NCBI GenBank assembly: GCA_965223845.1
Contig: CBDCXR010000004.1
Location: 2,880,001-2,944,000 of the forward strand
DNA length: 64,000 bases
Reading direction: 5' to 3'
Origin: Planctomycetota bacterium
Lineage (GTDB): Bacteria; Planctomycetota; UBA8108; SXIK01
The position numbers and the translations under genes were made by a program. Shown in pieces: positions 1 through 9,037 of this stretch (position 1 is its first letter; the number at the start of each line of letters is the position of its first letter). Below the pieces are notes generated by a model that worked only from the letters and a program-made list of their open reading frames with translations, was not told the DNA's origin and ran no database searches.

Positions 1-1844
1 CCGACGAGCTCGTCTCGAAGTCCGTCGGCGCGCGCGCCCTCGTCTTTGCGGCCGGCGCGATCATGAACATCCTCTCGGCTTTCGTGTTCTTCATCATCGC
101 GTTCACGATCGGGGTCTCGTTCGACGCCCCCGAAATGGGGACCGTCGTCCCAGGTACGCCCGTGTGGAAGGCAGGACTCCTCCCGGGCGACCGAGTCCTC
201 GAGATCGACGATACTCCGATCCTGAACAGCATGAGTCTTCGCGTCGAGACCGCGCTCGGCGATCACAGCAAGCCGCGGCGATTCCGCGTCGCCCGCGGTG
301 AAGAAGAGCTCGAGATCGACGTTCAGGCGGAGTGGAATCCGGACGTCGGCGTGTACATGATCGGCGCACTGCCCGCACTCTCCGAGGCGCTCGACTCGCC
401 ACCCGACGGCTCGATAGCGAAGACGCTCGGGATTCAAAAGGGCGACCGCTGGGTGGGTGTCGAGGTGGACGGTGTCGCCATCGAAGATCGGCCGATGACG
501 CTGACGCGCATCCTCGCGACCCGCCGCACCTTCGATCGGGCGAGCGACACGAAGCTCATCGTCGAACGCGGAGGCGAGCGCCTCGTCCTCGCGCTTCCGC
601 CGAGTGAACCGGCGACGGCGGGACCGTCGCCGCAGATCGGAGTCGGGATCGGCTCGGAGTGGCTCGGCGGCGAGGTCGCGGTCGCGTTTCGGAGCGACGC
701 GCCGGCGACGATCACCGACACGTTCGCCACCGGTGATATCGTGTGGCTGGTGGACGCGGATCGGCGCGAACCGCTGAGCTGGTCCGCCGTTCTCCGGCGC
801 TTGGCCGGCGGCGCCGCAACGTCGGAGCTCGAGATCCTCGGCGCGAGCGGCGAAGTCGAGCGCGCGTCGCTCGAGACCCGTCTCCTGCTAGACAGTCTCT
901 TTCGCGGTGACGTTCACTGGCGCTCATTCAGCGAGCTGCTCGGTCCGATCGCGGAAGCCGACGTGCTCTACGGTCTCGGTTTTCGCAGCGGAGACGCGGT
1001 CATCGCACTCGGCGAGCAGAATTGCTACGCGAAGGGCGATTTCGCGCGCCACCTCGAGGGGGCGGGCGACGGCGACCTTGAAGTGACGGTTCTTCGCGGT
1101 CGCGAGCGCGTCGCGCTCTCGCTCGCAAAGAGCGCTGCCGCCGGCGTCGCAACACGGCTCGAGCAAACGATGCCGCCCCTCTCCGTCGTCAGCCCGAAAA
1201 GCGGCGCGGAGGCCGCCGGGCTGCGGCCCGGCGACATCGTCCTCGCCGTCGGAGGGTCGGCAGTGAAGAGCTGGACCGAGCTGCTCGACAAGATTCAGTC
1301 GAGCGGCAACGAATCGACCCTCTCGGTCGAGTGGCTGGCGCGATCTACGGACGTCTTCGAGCGGCGCAGTGCGAATGTCGAGCTGCGGCGGCCGTCCGCG
1401 CCGGTCGGACTGGCGACGCGTGGGAAGCGCATCGAGGTCAAAGGTTCCATCCTCGAGGCGATCGAATTCGGCGGCCGTCAGACGATCACGATGTCGAAGA
1501 CCGTGTTCATGACGCTCCGAAGTCTCGTCCGACGCGACGTCTCGGCGAAGAACCTCGCCGGTCCGATCGGCATCACCCAGACGCTGAAGGATGTGTCCGA
1601 ACACCGTGACTTTGCGTTCTTCGTCTACTTCCTCGCGATCATCAGCGTGAATCTCGGCCTCTTTAATCTTCTCCCGATCCCCGTCCTCGACGGCGGCCAT
1701 CTTCTCTTTCTCCTCCTCGAGAAGATCAAGGGGCGCCCCGTCGACATCCGTTACCAAGAGTGGGCGACGAACGTCGCGCTGCTTCTCATCCTCGCGCTGG
1801 CGGTGTTCGTCACGTTCAACGACGTCGCGCGAAACTTTCGTTGA
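1..1844 (+). CDS. rseP: RIP metalloprotease RseP / site-2 protease (M50) with multiple PDZ domains, 5'-partial
   Basis: Frame is open from the window edge (..ARALVFAAGAIMN..). PDZ-like repeats (AGLLPGDRVLEID, AGLRPGDIVLAVGG), LAGPIGI and NLLPIPVLDGGH motifs, C-terminal TM helices. Confidence 0.9.
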   Translation, partial: DELVSKSVGARALVFAAGAIMNILSAFVFFIIAFTIGVSFDAPEMGTVVPGTPVWKAGLLPGDRVLEIDDTPILNSMSLRVETALGDHSKPRRFRVARGEEELEIDVQAEWNPDVGVYMIGALPALSEALDSPPDGSIAKTLGIQKGDRWVGVEVDGVAIEDRPMTLTRILATRRTFDRASDTKLIVERGGERLVLALPPSEPATAGPSPQIGVGIGSEWLGGEVAVAFRSDAPATITDTFATGDIVWLVDADRREPLSWSAVLRRLAGGAATSELEILGASGEVERASLETRLLLDSLFRGDVHWRSFSELLGPIAEADVLYGLGFRSGDAVIALGEQNCYAKGDFARHLEGAGDGDLEVTVLRGRERVALSLAKSAAAGVATRLEQTMPPLSVVSPKSGAEAAGLRPGDIVLAVGGSAVKSWTELLDKIQSSGNESTLSVEWLARSTDVFERRSANVELRRPSAPVGLATRGKRIEVKGSILEAIEFGGRQTITMSKTVFMTLRSLVRRDVSAKNLAGPIGITQTLKDVSEHRDFAFFVYFLAIISVNLGLFNLLPIPVLDGGHLLFLLLEKIKGRPVDIRYQEWATNVALLLILALAVFVTFNDVARNFR

Positions 1845-1883
1845 CGTACGAGATCGAAGAACGGTCCCGGGAGAGTCTCGCCG

Positions 1884-2588
1884 GTGCTCAGACATCTTCG
1901 CGAACTCCGCCGCACGGCCCGGATTACCGCGGGCACGGTCGCGGCGTGCCTCGCCGTCGCCTGCTCGCCGCCGTCGGGTGAGAGTCGCGGGAAGATCACG
2001 GTCGACCCCGAACGCGGGGAGCTTCGATTGCGGGCCACGTTTCACCGCGGCAACGCCGAACGCGGCACCTGGCACCTCCTCGTCCACGAAGCGGGCGACA
2101 TGGCGTCACTGGCGTACTTCACGACCGACGTCACCCCGAAGGCCTTCTACGACAAGCTCATCGCCATCGGCGCGCAACCCGAGGACACGGTGACTTGTGA
2201 TGACATGGGCGCGCCGGCGGCGTCGACTCGAGGTGCAGCGCTCAGCTTCTCTTTCGAGTGGGAAGGCGTCAGCGCACCGGTCGAGCTCGGCGCGCTTCTT
2301 CTCGAAGAGATTCCTCCCCGAAGCACGGAACGGAAACCGCGCGGACTCGAGATTCGCTTTGGCGGCAACCACGAGGGCGAGGACGCGGACGCGCCGCCAT
2401 CGCACGCGAGCGGCTGTCTTTCCTGCCTCTACACTTGTTGCGCCGGAGTGACGTCGAATCCGCACGCGAACCTCGCGCTTCTCAAAGCGGAGGACGGGTG
2501 GCACCGCTACCGGCTCAATCCGGCGGTCGACATCGCGGACCTGACGCGCGTAACGGTCATCGTACGGCGACTCGCGCGCGAGCAGTGA
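1884..2588 (+). CDS. Cys-rich lipoprotein, YdjY-domain-like
   Basis: Lipobox-like LAVAC. C-terminal GCLSCLYTCCAGVTSN resembles the YdjY-family CxxCxxxC motif. Start uncertain. Confidence 0.55.
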   Translation: MLRHLRELRRTARITAGTVAACLAVACSPPSGESRGKITVDPERGELRLRATFHRGNAERGTWHLLVHEAGDMASLAYFTTDVTPKAFYDKLIAIGAQPEDTVTCDDMGAPAASTRGAALSFSFEWEGVSAPVELGALLLEEIPPRSTERKPRGLEIRFGGNHEGEDADAPPSHASGCLSCLYTCCAGVTSNPHANLALLKAEDGWHRYRLNPAVDIADLTRVTVIVRRLAREQ

Positions 2589-2733
2589 CGGGCGAGCGCT
2601 CGGATCGCCCGCGGGAGAGGTTTACACGAATCGTTCGACGCGGCGCGTCGGCCGAGTTCGCGCTCCGGTCGCAGCACCTCGAACGCGCTCGGTCCGCGTT
2701 CCTTCCCGAGCCCCGAATCGGACCCGCCTCGCT

Positions 2734-4461
2734 TCACGGAGAATGCGCGACGAGCGAATGATATCGCCCGATGGCGAGTCGCGGGTGCGCTCGCCAGTCG
2801 CGCGTCCCGGGCCAGCGCACACGGACGTCGACCGTCTGGGTCCCCGCCGGAACTCCGTAGCGGACGCGCGGATCGTTTGACGCGAAGTAACTGCCGTCTC
2901 GCTGGACTTCGTGAATCCGCCGCCAATCCTCCGCGCGGAGCTCGACCAACGCGCCGTGCACGAGGCGTCCGCGAAGCGACAAGCCGATCCACGCGCGGCC
3001 ATCGCCGGCTCGGTTCTCGAGGAGCACGGCCGCCCCGCCGGCATGTGTGACGACGAGATCGCCGTCGCCGTCGTTGTCGTAGTCCGCCTCGGCGACGCAT
3101 CTCCCGGCGAGCGCGCGCCGAAACCAAGCACCGGACGTACTCGACACGTCGCGAAACCTACCGCGGCCGTCGTTCTCGAAGAGCAGATCGGGCTGCCGAT
3201 ACGTCACTCGCTCGCCGGGGTGGAACGCCTCGGCGTTGTCGAGGACGTGACCGTTCGCGACGTAGAGGTCGGGATCGCCATCGAGATCGTAGTCGAAGAA
3301 GCGCGCGCCGAACCCGAGCGGAAGGTAGCTGGCACGCGCGAGACCCGACTGCGCGGTGCCGTCGATGAAGAAATCACCCTGATTGAGGTAGAGCGTGTTC
3401 GTCTCTCGGCTGAAGTGCGTGAGGAAGTAGTCGAGTCGACCGTCGCTGTCGACGTCGGCGCGCGTGATTCCCATGCCCGCTTCCACTTCCCCGCCTTCGT
3501 TGAACGCGAAGCCGGTTTCGAGTGCGATGTCTTCGAAGCGAGCCGCGCCGAGGTTGCGCCAGAGCGTGTTTGCGACGGAATCGTTCGCGACGAGGATGTC
3601 CGGATCGCCGTCGCCGTCGAAGTCCGACGCGACGACACCGAGACCCTTCGCGGCAACTCGTCCCGAGACCGCACCGATCCCGCTCGCGCCGCTGACATCC
3701 CGGAAGCGGCCGCCGCCGAGATTGAGGTAGAGCCGATCGGCGACCCCGTCGAAACGCCGCGGATTGCAGTAGCTCGGAACCGCGCGCGTCGAACCGGGCG
3801 GCTTGGCCGGGCAGCCCGCGTGCTTCCGCGTGTCGTACGCGAGATAGCGCACGACATAAAGATCGAGATCGCCGTCCGCGTCGACATCGGTCCAGGTCGC
3901 GCTCGCAGACCACGACGGCGCCTCGTCGCGATCCGCGCTCAAGATCCCCGACTCCCGCGAAACGTCCACGAACCGGCCGCCATCGTTTCGGTAGAGTACG
4001 TCGGGGCCGTAGTTGGCGACAAAGAGATCCGGGGCGCCATCACCATCGAAGTCACCGACCGCGACGCCCATGCCGTATCCGCGGTCTCCGGCTCCGGCCG
4101 CGTCCGGTACGCGCTCGAAGCGACGGCCGCCGTCGTTTCGGTAGAGTACGTTCGGCGGATCTTCCTCCTGCGCGCGCTGCGTTCCGATGGCGTCGGGGTG
4201 GCCGTGCCCTTGGACGAGATAGAGATCGAGATCCCCGTCCCCGTCGTAGTCGATCCACGCGGCACCCGAGAGCATCGTCTCCGGGAGATATCGCTTCCCG
4301 GTCGCGCCGGTCATCGTGACGAACTCGATTCCAAGCTTCTTCGTCACGTCGACGAAAGCATCGTCTGCGTCCGCGCTCGTCGGTGCGGCGGAGATGAGCC
4401 CCGCGAAGACTACGGCGCGCGCGACCGCGGCGCAGCTCCGGACGGCGCCGGTCGCGCTCAC
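2734..4461 (-). CDS. CRTAC1-family FG-GAP/VCBS repeat protein with ASPIC-UnbV C-terminal domain
   Basis: Signal peptide, repeated D(Y/F)DxDGDxDL motifs, C-terminal GSYFASNDPRVRYG...VRWP. The GTG start overlaps the upstream stop (GTGA) and has a GAGGAGG RBS. Confidence 0.88.
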   Translation of the reverse strand: MSATGAVRSCAAVARAVVFAGLISAAPTSADADDAFVDVTKKLGIEFVTMTGATGKRYLPETMLSGAAWIDYDGDGDLDLYLVQGHGHPDAIGTQRAQEEDPPNVLYRNDGGRRFERVPDAAGAGDRGYGMGVAVGDFDGDGAPDLFVANYGPDVLYRNDGGRFVDVSRESGILSADRDEAPSWSASATWTDVDADGDLDLYVVRYLAYDTRKHAGCPAKPPGSTRAVPSYCNPRRFDGVADRLYLNLGGGRFRDVSGASGIGAVSGRVAAKGLGVVASDFDGDGDPDILVANDSVANTLWRNLGAARFEDIALETGFAFNEGGEVEAGMGITRADVDSDGRLDYFLTHFSRETNTLYLNQGDFFIDGTAQSGLARASYLPLGFGARFFDYDLDGDPDLYVANGHVLDNAEAFHPGERVTYRQPDLLFENDGRGRFRDVSSTSGAWFRRALAGRCVAEADYDNDGDGDLVVTHAGGAAVLLENRAGDGRAWIGLSLRGRLVHGALVELRAEDWRRIHEVQRDGSYFASNDPRVRYGVPAGTQTVDVRVRWPGTRDWRAHPRLAIGRYHSLVAHSP

Positions 4462-5168
4462 GCGTCCTCCTCGACTCGCTGCCACTCCCCGGCCAAAAGG
4501 AGCTCATGCGGACGGTACGCGGCTTTGTACGCCATCGACGAGCACTCGGCGACCCAGTAGCCGAGGTAGAAGTAGCGCATGCCACGCTCCTCGGCGACGC
4601 GAATCTCCGAGAGGATGTCGAACGTTCCGAGCGAGCGCGACGACAGCTCGGGATCGTGGAAGCCGTAAACCGAGCTCAACGACTCGCACCCTTCGTCCAC
4701 GTACGCGACCGCGACGAGTCGATCGGCAATCGAGTAGCGGAACTCGAGCGTCGGAACCGCATTCGCGAGGAACTGCCCGATGTACTCGAACGGGTCGCGC
4801 CGCGGCGCGGGCCAGTCGCGGCGCTCGTGGCGCGCGCGATGGAAGCGGTAGTAGAGGTCGAGTCGCTCCTCGTCGAGATCCGGCTCACCGATTTCGATCG
4901 ATACGTCCAGATTCCTCCGCAGAACGCGGCGCTGCGACTTCGACGGCCGAAACTCCGCGACGGGGACGCGGAGCGGGACACATTCGCGGCAGGCGGCGCA
5001 AACCGGTCGGAAATAGGAGTTCGCGAATCGCCGCACGCCGGCGGCGAGTTCGCGCTCGTGATCGGTGCTCGAAACTTCTGCGACCGAACGCACTTCGAGC
5101 TGCCAGGTGCGCCCGTCCAGATACGGACACGGCTCGGGGTCGGTGATGATTCGCGCTTCTTCCAGCAT
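4458..5168 (-). CDS. Arginyl-tRNA-protein transferase / Bpt-like aminoacyl transferase (ATE family)
   Basis: PCPYL, G(V)RR..YFRPVCAACRECVPLR, SKSQRRV, SLGTF, YLGYWV..C..MAYKA motifs. Confidence 0.9.
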   Translation of the reverse strand: MLEEARIITDPEPCPYLDGRTWQLEVRSVAEVSSTDHERELAAGVRRFANSYFRPVCAACRECVPLRVPVAEFRPSKSQRRVLRRNLDVSIEIGEPDLDEERLDLYYRFHRARHERRDWPAPRRDPFEYIGQFLANAVPTLEFRYSIADRLVAVAYVDEGCESLSSVYGFHDPELSSRSLGTFDILSEIRVAEERGMRYFYLGYWVAECSSMAYKAAYRPHELLLAGEWQRVEEDA

Positions 5169-5206
5169 GTTGGCCCGATTCCGTCCCCCGCGGTCTGCTC
5201 GCCGCG

Positions 5207-7477
5207 TCAGTCTGCTACGCACTCCTCGTAGATCGCGCGATACGCGGCGAGCGCGACGTCGTACGCTTTCTTCGCCGCCTCCTTCTCCGCGGGTCGGATC
5301 CGCCGGTGCTTGCTTTCCCAGCACCGGTCGACGCCTTTGAGGCACCACTCGGCGCTCCGCCGCGACGCGCGGATGGGCTTCCCACCCACGTGGACGAACA
5401 CTGGATTCGTGTGCGAGCTCGGCAGAATCCTCAGTGCGATCCAGCTCGAGTACTCGACCGGGATCTTCAGCTCGACGTCGTTCATCTTGCCGTCGGCGAC
5501 GATTTCCCGTCGTGCCACCGGATAGCCGTTCACGACGACCTCGAGCGGAACGATGCGGCTCTCGCCGATGCGCGCACGCTCGATGTGCCAGTAGGGCTTC
5601 TGCGCGTAGGATCGATCGCGGAGACCGGGATTCGCCTTCTCGTCGAGGAGCGCGGCGACCTTCGCCTTCACCGTCACCGTGCCCGCAGCGTCCAGGTGCA
5701 CTTCGCTTTTCTTTGTTCCGACCTCGAGGCCGTCCACGCTGAAATCGATGAGGTGGCTCATGCCATCGCCGACATACGAGCGCCCGTTCTTGATCTCTTC
5801 GCAGTAGCGATCGAAGTCGAGTGCGCCGTCCATCTTGCAGTAGATGCGCCCGAGGCCGACGCGATCACCGTAGATGCAGGGGAAATCGGTTTCTCCGCTG
5901 ATCCGGGCGCGGAAACCACAGTTCAGCGTGTGGTACCAAATGTTGAGCTCCCACACGTAGGGCGTGTCGACCGACGAGATAAAATCGACCGCTCCGTGAA
6001 CGACGTCGACGATGTACTCGTTCGCCCCGATGCCATCGTAGGGCGGGATCACGTAGTTCGGGAGTTCTGCCGTATCGACCGCGAGCCCCCATCCCGAATG
6101 AGAGAAGCCGACGACTCCCCCCTGCTTCTGCGCCCACTGGAGAATCGGGAGATCCCAGCTCGGCCACTGTTCGACGCGCTCGGTCCCCGGGTAGTCGTCC
6201 TCCTTCAGACGGAGCAGGCAGAGATGACCGGCGTGATCCGAGGGGAATCCCGAGACCTCGACGTCGTAGCGCATCTTGTAGTTCTCGGTGCTGAGCTCGT
6301 TCACTCGCCCTTCGAAGAACTGCTTCTGGAAGTACCAGCAAGGACCCCACGTGAGCACGCAACCGATGTTGAGATCCTCTCCGAGCTGGTGGCGGAACAT
6401 GTCGTTCGGATTCACTCCCGCGGTGGGGCTCTCGTAGTGTAAACAGCCGCCGCCGTGGACGTGGTGGTCGCCGCTGTACCACCCGAGCTTCTTCGCATGG
6501 ATCCAGCGCTCGAGCGGGAACGATTCGCGGTGTGATTTCACCCCTTCGGGGATCACGACCTGTTTCTTCTTCACGCGGTACTCGGGGCCACGCGTATACG
6601 TGATTTCGTACTCGCCGGACGGGACGTGGATCGACTCGCCCGTGGCCCGGTAGACCTGAGGGTGAAAAAAGAAATCGGGCGCGAGGCGCCGCGACGGCGT
6701 CGGGTAGATCCGCCCGCGTTCGTCGCGCACGATGAAGGACGCCATCACCGGCTGGCCGTCTGTATCGCGCACGTCGAGTACGAGCTCAACGGACGGGACA
6801 CAGCGAAAGAGAATGTTCGCCTCGTTGCGAAAACCGATGTCCTGCGTTCCCTGTCCGACGTTGAAGCTGATCTTCGCTTCGCGGCGACCCGCGTCGCGCG
6901 AGTAGATCTCGACGATCCGGTACTCGAGCTCGAGCCCCGAAAGCCGCCGCTCGAGCGGCTGGCCGTTGTACATCCGGATGTCCATCCAGCGATCGCCCAC
7001 ATCGGCCGGTCTGATCGTGACGGGCGGGTCCTTGCTTCCCGTCGAACGCTTGTAGACCGGCGCGGCATTCGGGCTCTCGACGGCGAGCTCCGCCGTGACC
7101 CCCGCCTCGTTGTGAACGCGAACGAGGAACACGCGCCACCCCTGCATGACGAGCTCGGCCCGCGCCGGTCCGGCCGCGACTTTCACGCGACTCTCGGGAT
7201 TGATGTGGACTGCGGTGAGGACTCGCGGAGCGAGCACGCGCTGGATCTCTCTCACCGCGCGCGATCCGTCCGCATCGTCGAGCGCGGCCTCGAGGGCGTC
7301 CTTCTGCACGCTCGAGAGCGGGCTGCCGACGTACGCGAGTGCCTCGGCAACTCTCTTCACCTGGGCCTTGAGCGGCTGCGCGTCGACGCCCGAGACTACC
7401 GCCAGCTCTTCCGCCGAAGTTCCGACGCTGACGAGCACGATCGCCGCGGCGACGAAGATCTCTCCGAACTTTCTCAT
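5207..7477 (-). CDS. Secreted CehA/McbA-family (PHP-like) metallohydrolase
   Basis: Signal peptide, RGPEY, GWYSGDHHVH, SGETDFPC and SHTNPVFV motifs. Confidence 0.8.
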   Translation of the reverse strand: MRKFGEIFVAAAIVLVSVGTSAEELAVVSGVDAQPLKAQVKRVAEALAYVGSPLSSVQKDALEAALDDADGSRAVREIQRVLAPRVLTAVHINPESRVKVAAGPARAELVMQGWRVFLVRVHNEAGVTAELAVESPNAAPVYKRSTGSKDPPVTIRPADVGDRWMDIRMYNGQPLERRLSGLELEYRIVEIYSRDAGRREAKISFNVGQGTQDIGFRNEANILFRCVPSVELVLDVRDTDGQPVMASFIVRDERGRIYPTPSRRLAPDFFFHPQVYRATGESIHVPSGEYEITYTRGPEYRVKKKQVVIPEGVKSHRESFPLERWIHAKKLGWYSGDHHVHGGGCLHYESPTAGVNPNDMFRHQLGEDLNIGCVLTWGPCWYFQKQFFEGRVNELSTENYKMRYDVEVSGFPSDHAGHLCLLRLKEDDYPGTERVEQWPSWDLPILQWAQKQGGVVGFSHSGWGLAVDTAELPNYVIPPYDGIGANEYIVDVVHGAVDFISSVDTPYVWELNIWYHTLNCGFRARISGETDFPCIYGDRVGLGRIYCKMDGALDFDRYCEEIKNGRSYVGDGMSHLIDFSVDGLEVGTKKSEVHLDAAGTVTVKAKVAALLDEKANPGLRDRSYAQKPYWHIERARIGESRIVPLEVVVNGYPVARREIVADGKMNDVELKIPVEYSSWIALRILPSSHTNPVFVHVGGKPIRASRRSAEWCLKGVDRCWESKHRRIRPAEKEAAKKAYDVALAAYRAIYEECVAD

Positions 7478-7611
7478 GATGCTCTCCCTACCCGAGCGTC
7501 TCCGGACGGCGTCGCAGTCCGGACCATCGTTCCCACGATCGGAACTCCGCCGGTGAACATTTCGCCGACGGATTCGCATCGTACCCGCAAAGCCCGCGCG
7601 CAGCGGATCGA

Positions 7612-9030
7612 TTACGCGATGATCTCCCGGATCACGCGGCCGTGCACGTCGGTCAGCCGGAAGTCACGGCCCTGGAACCGATACGTGAGACGCTCGTGAT
7701 CGACTCCGAGGAGATGCAGCATCGTCGCATGAAAGTCGTGCATGTGGACGATGTTCTCGACCGCGTTGTAGCCGTAGTCGTCCGTCGCGCCGTAACTCGT
7801 TCCGCCGCGGATCCCGCCGCCGGCCATCCACCACGAGAATCCGCGGATGTGATGGTCGCGACCGTTTCCCTGCGCCATCGGCGTCCGTCCGAACTCTCCG
7901 CCCCAGACGACGAGCGTGTCTTCGAGCATGCCGCGCTGCTTGAGATCCTTGACGAGCGCCGCCGCCGCGCGGTCGACGTAGCGCGCAGTCGTCCGCACGC
8001 CGCTTCCTACGCCGCCGTGGTGATCCCACCCGCGATGGTAGAGCTGGACGAATCGCACGCCGCGCTCCGCCATTCGCCGCGCGAGAAGGCAGTTCGATGC
8101 GAAGGTGCCGTCCGGGCGCTCGACACCGTAGAGATCGCGGACCGCTTGCGGTTCCGACGAGAAATCGACGAGCTCCGGCACACTCGACTGCATGCGAAAC
8201 GCCATCTCGTACTGACTGATGCGCGTCGCGATCTCGGGATCTGCGAGGCGCGCGTCGAGGCGACGATTGAGCGCGCTCACCGCGTCGACGACGACTCGCT
8301 GTCCCTCCCGAGAGACACCCGGCGGCCGACTCAGGTAGAGGACCGGGTCGCCCTTCGATTGGAACTGAACGCCCTGGAACCGGCTCGGGAGGAAACCCGC
8401 CTGCCACTGGCGCGAGGCGATCGGCTGATCCTGCGCGCCCCCCACCGACACGAGCACGACGAAACCCGGCAGATTGCGCGACTCGTTGCCGAGTCCATAC
8501 CAGAGCCACGAGCCCATGCTCGGGCGTCCGGAGATCGACGTTCCCGTGTTCATGAACGTGTGGGCCGGATCGTGATTGATCTGTTCCGTCCGCATCGATC
8601 GGAGGATGCAGATGTCGTCCGCGATCGAGCCGATCTGCGGAAACGCCTCCGAGATCTGCTGTCCCGAAGCGCCGAAGCGCTGGAACGGTATCTGCGGCCC
8701 GAGGCAGGTCAGTTTTCTTCCCTGGAGCTGCGCGATCGGCTGGCCTTCGGTGATCGACTTCGGCATCGGCTGACCGTTGGCCGCGGCCAGCTTCGGCTTG
8801 TAGTCGAGCGTTTCGAGGTGCGAGGCGCCGCCCGCCATGACGAGAAAGATCACGCGCTTCGCGCGCGGCCTGAAGTGACGCCCGACCGGGATCGGCTCTC
8901 CCGCGACGTCGCTCTGTAGGAGAGACGAGAGCGCGATCGTCCCCATCCCGGCCGCGGTCTGGCCGAGGAAGGTTCGGCGGGAAACTGCCGTGCGCAGCGG
9001 ATCGAGTTCGGGGGTCGACTGCAGATTCAT
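7612..9030 (-). CDS. DUF1501 domain protein (Tat-exported, sulfatase-like)
   Basis: SRRTFL Tat motif, AKRVIFLVMAGGASHLETLDYKP, GWDHH, WGGEFGRTP, GRDHH, RLTDVHG. Confidence 0.92.
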   Translation of the reverse strand: MNLQSTPELDPLRTAVSRRTFLGQTAAGMGTIALSSLLQSDVAGEPIPVGRHFRPRAKRVIFLVMAGGASHLETLDYKPKLAAANGQPMPKSITEGQPIAQLQGRKLTCLGPQIPFQRFGASGQQISEAFPQIGSIADDICILRSMRTEQINHDPAHTFMNTGTSISGRPSMGSWLWYGLGNESRNLPGFVVLVSVGGAQDQPIASRQWQAGFLPSRFQGVQFQSKGDPVLYLSRPPGVSREGQRVVVDAVSALNRRLDARLADPEIATRISQYEMAFRMQSSVPELVDFSSEPQAVRDLYGVERPDGTFASNCLLARRMAERGVRFVQLYHRGWDHHGGVGSGVRTTARYVDRAAAALVKDLKQRGMLEDTLVVWGGEFGRTPMAQGNGRDHHIRGFSWWMAGGGIRGGTSYGATDDYGYNAVENIVHMHDFHATMLHLLGVDHERLTYRFQGRDFRLTDVHGRVIREIIA

Positions 9031-9037
9031 CGCTCGT

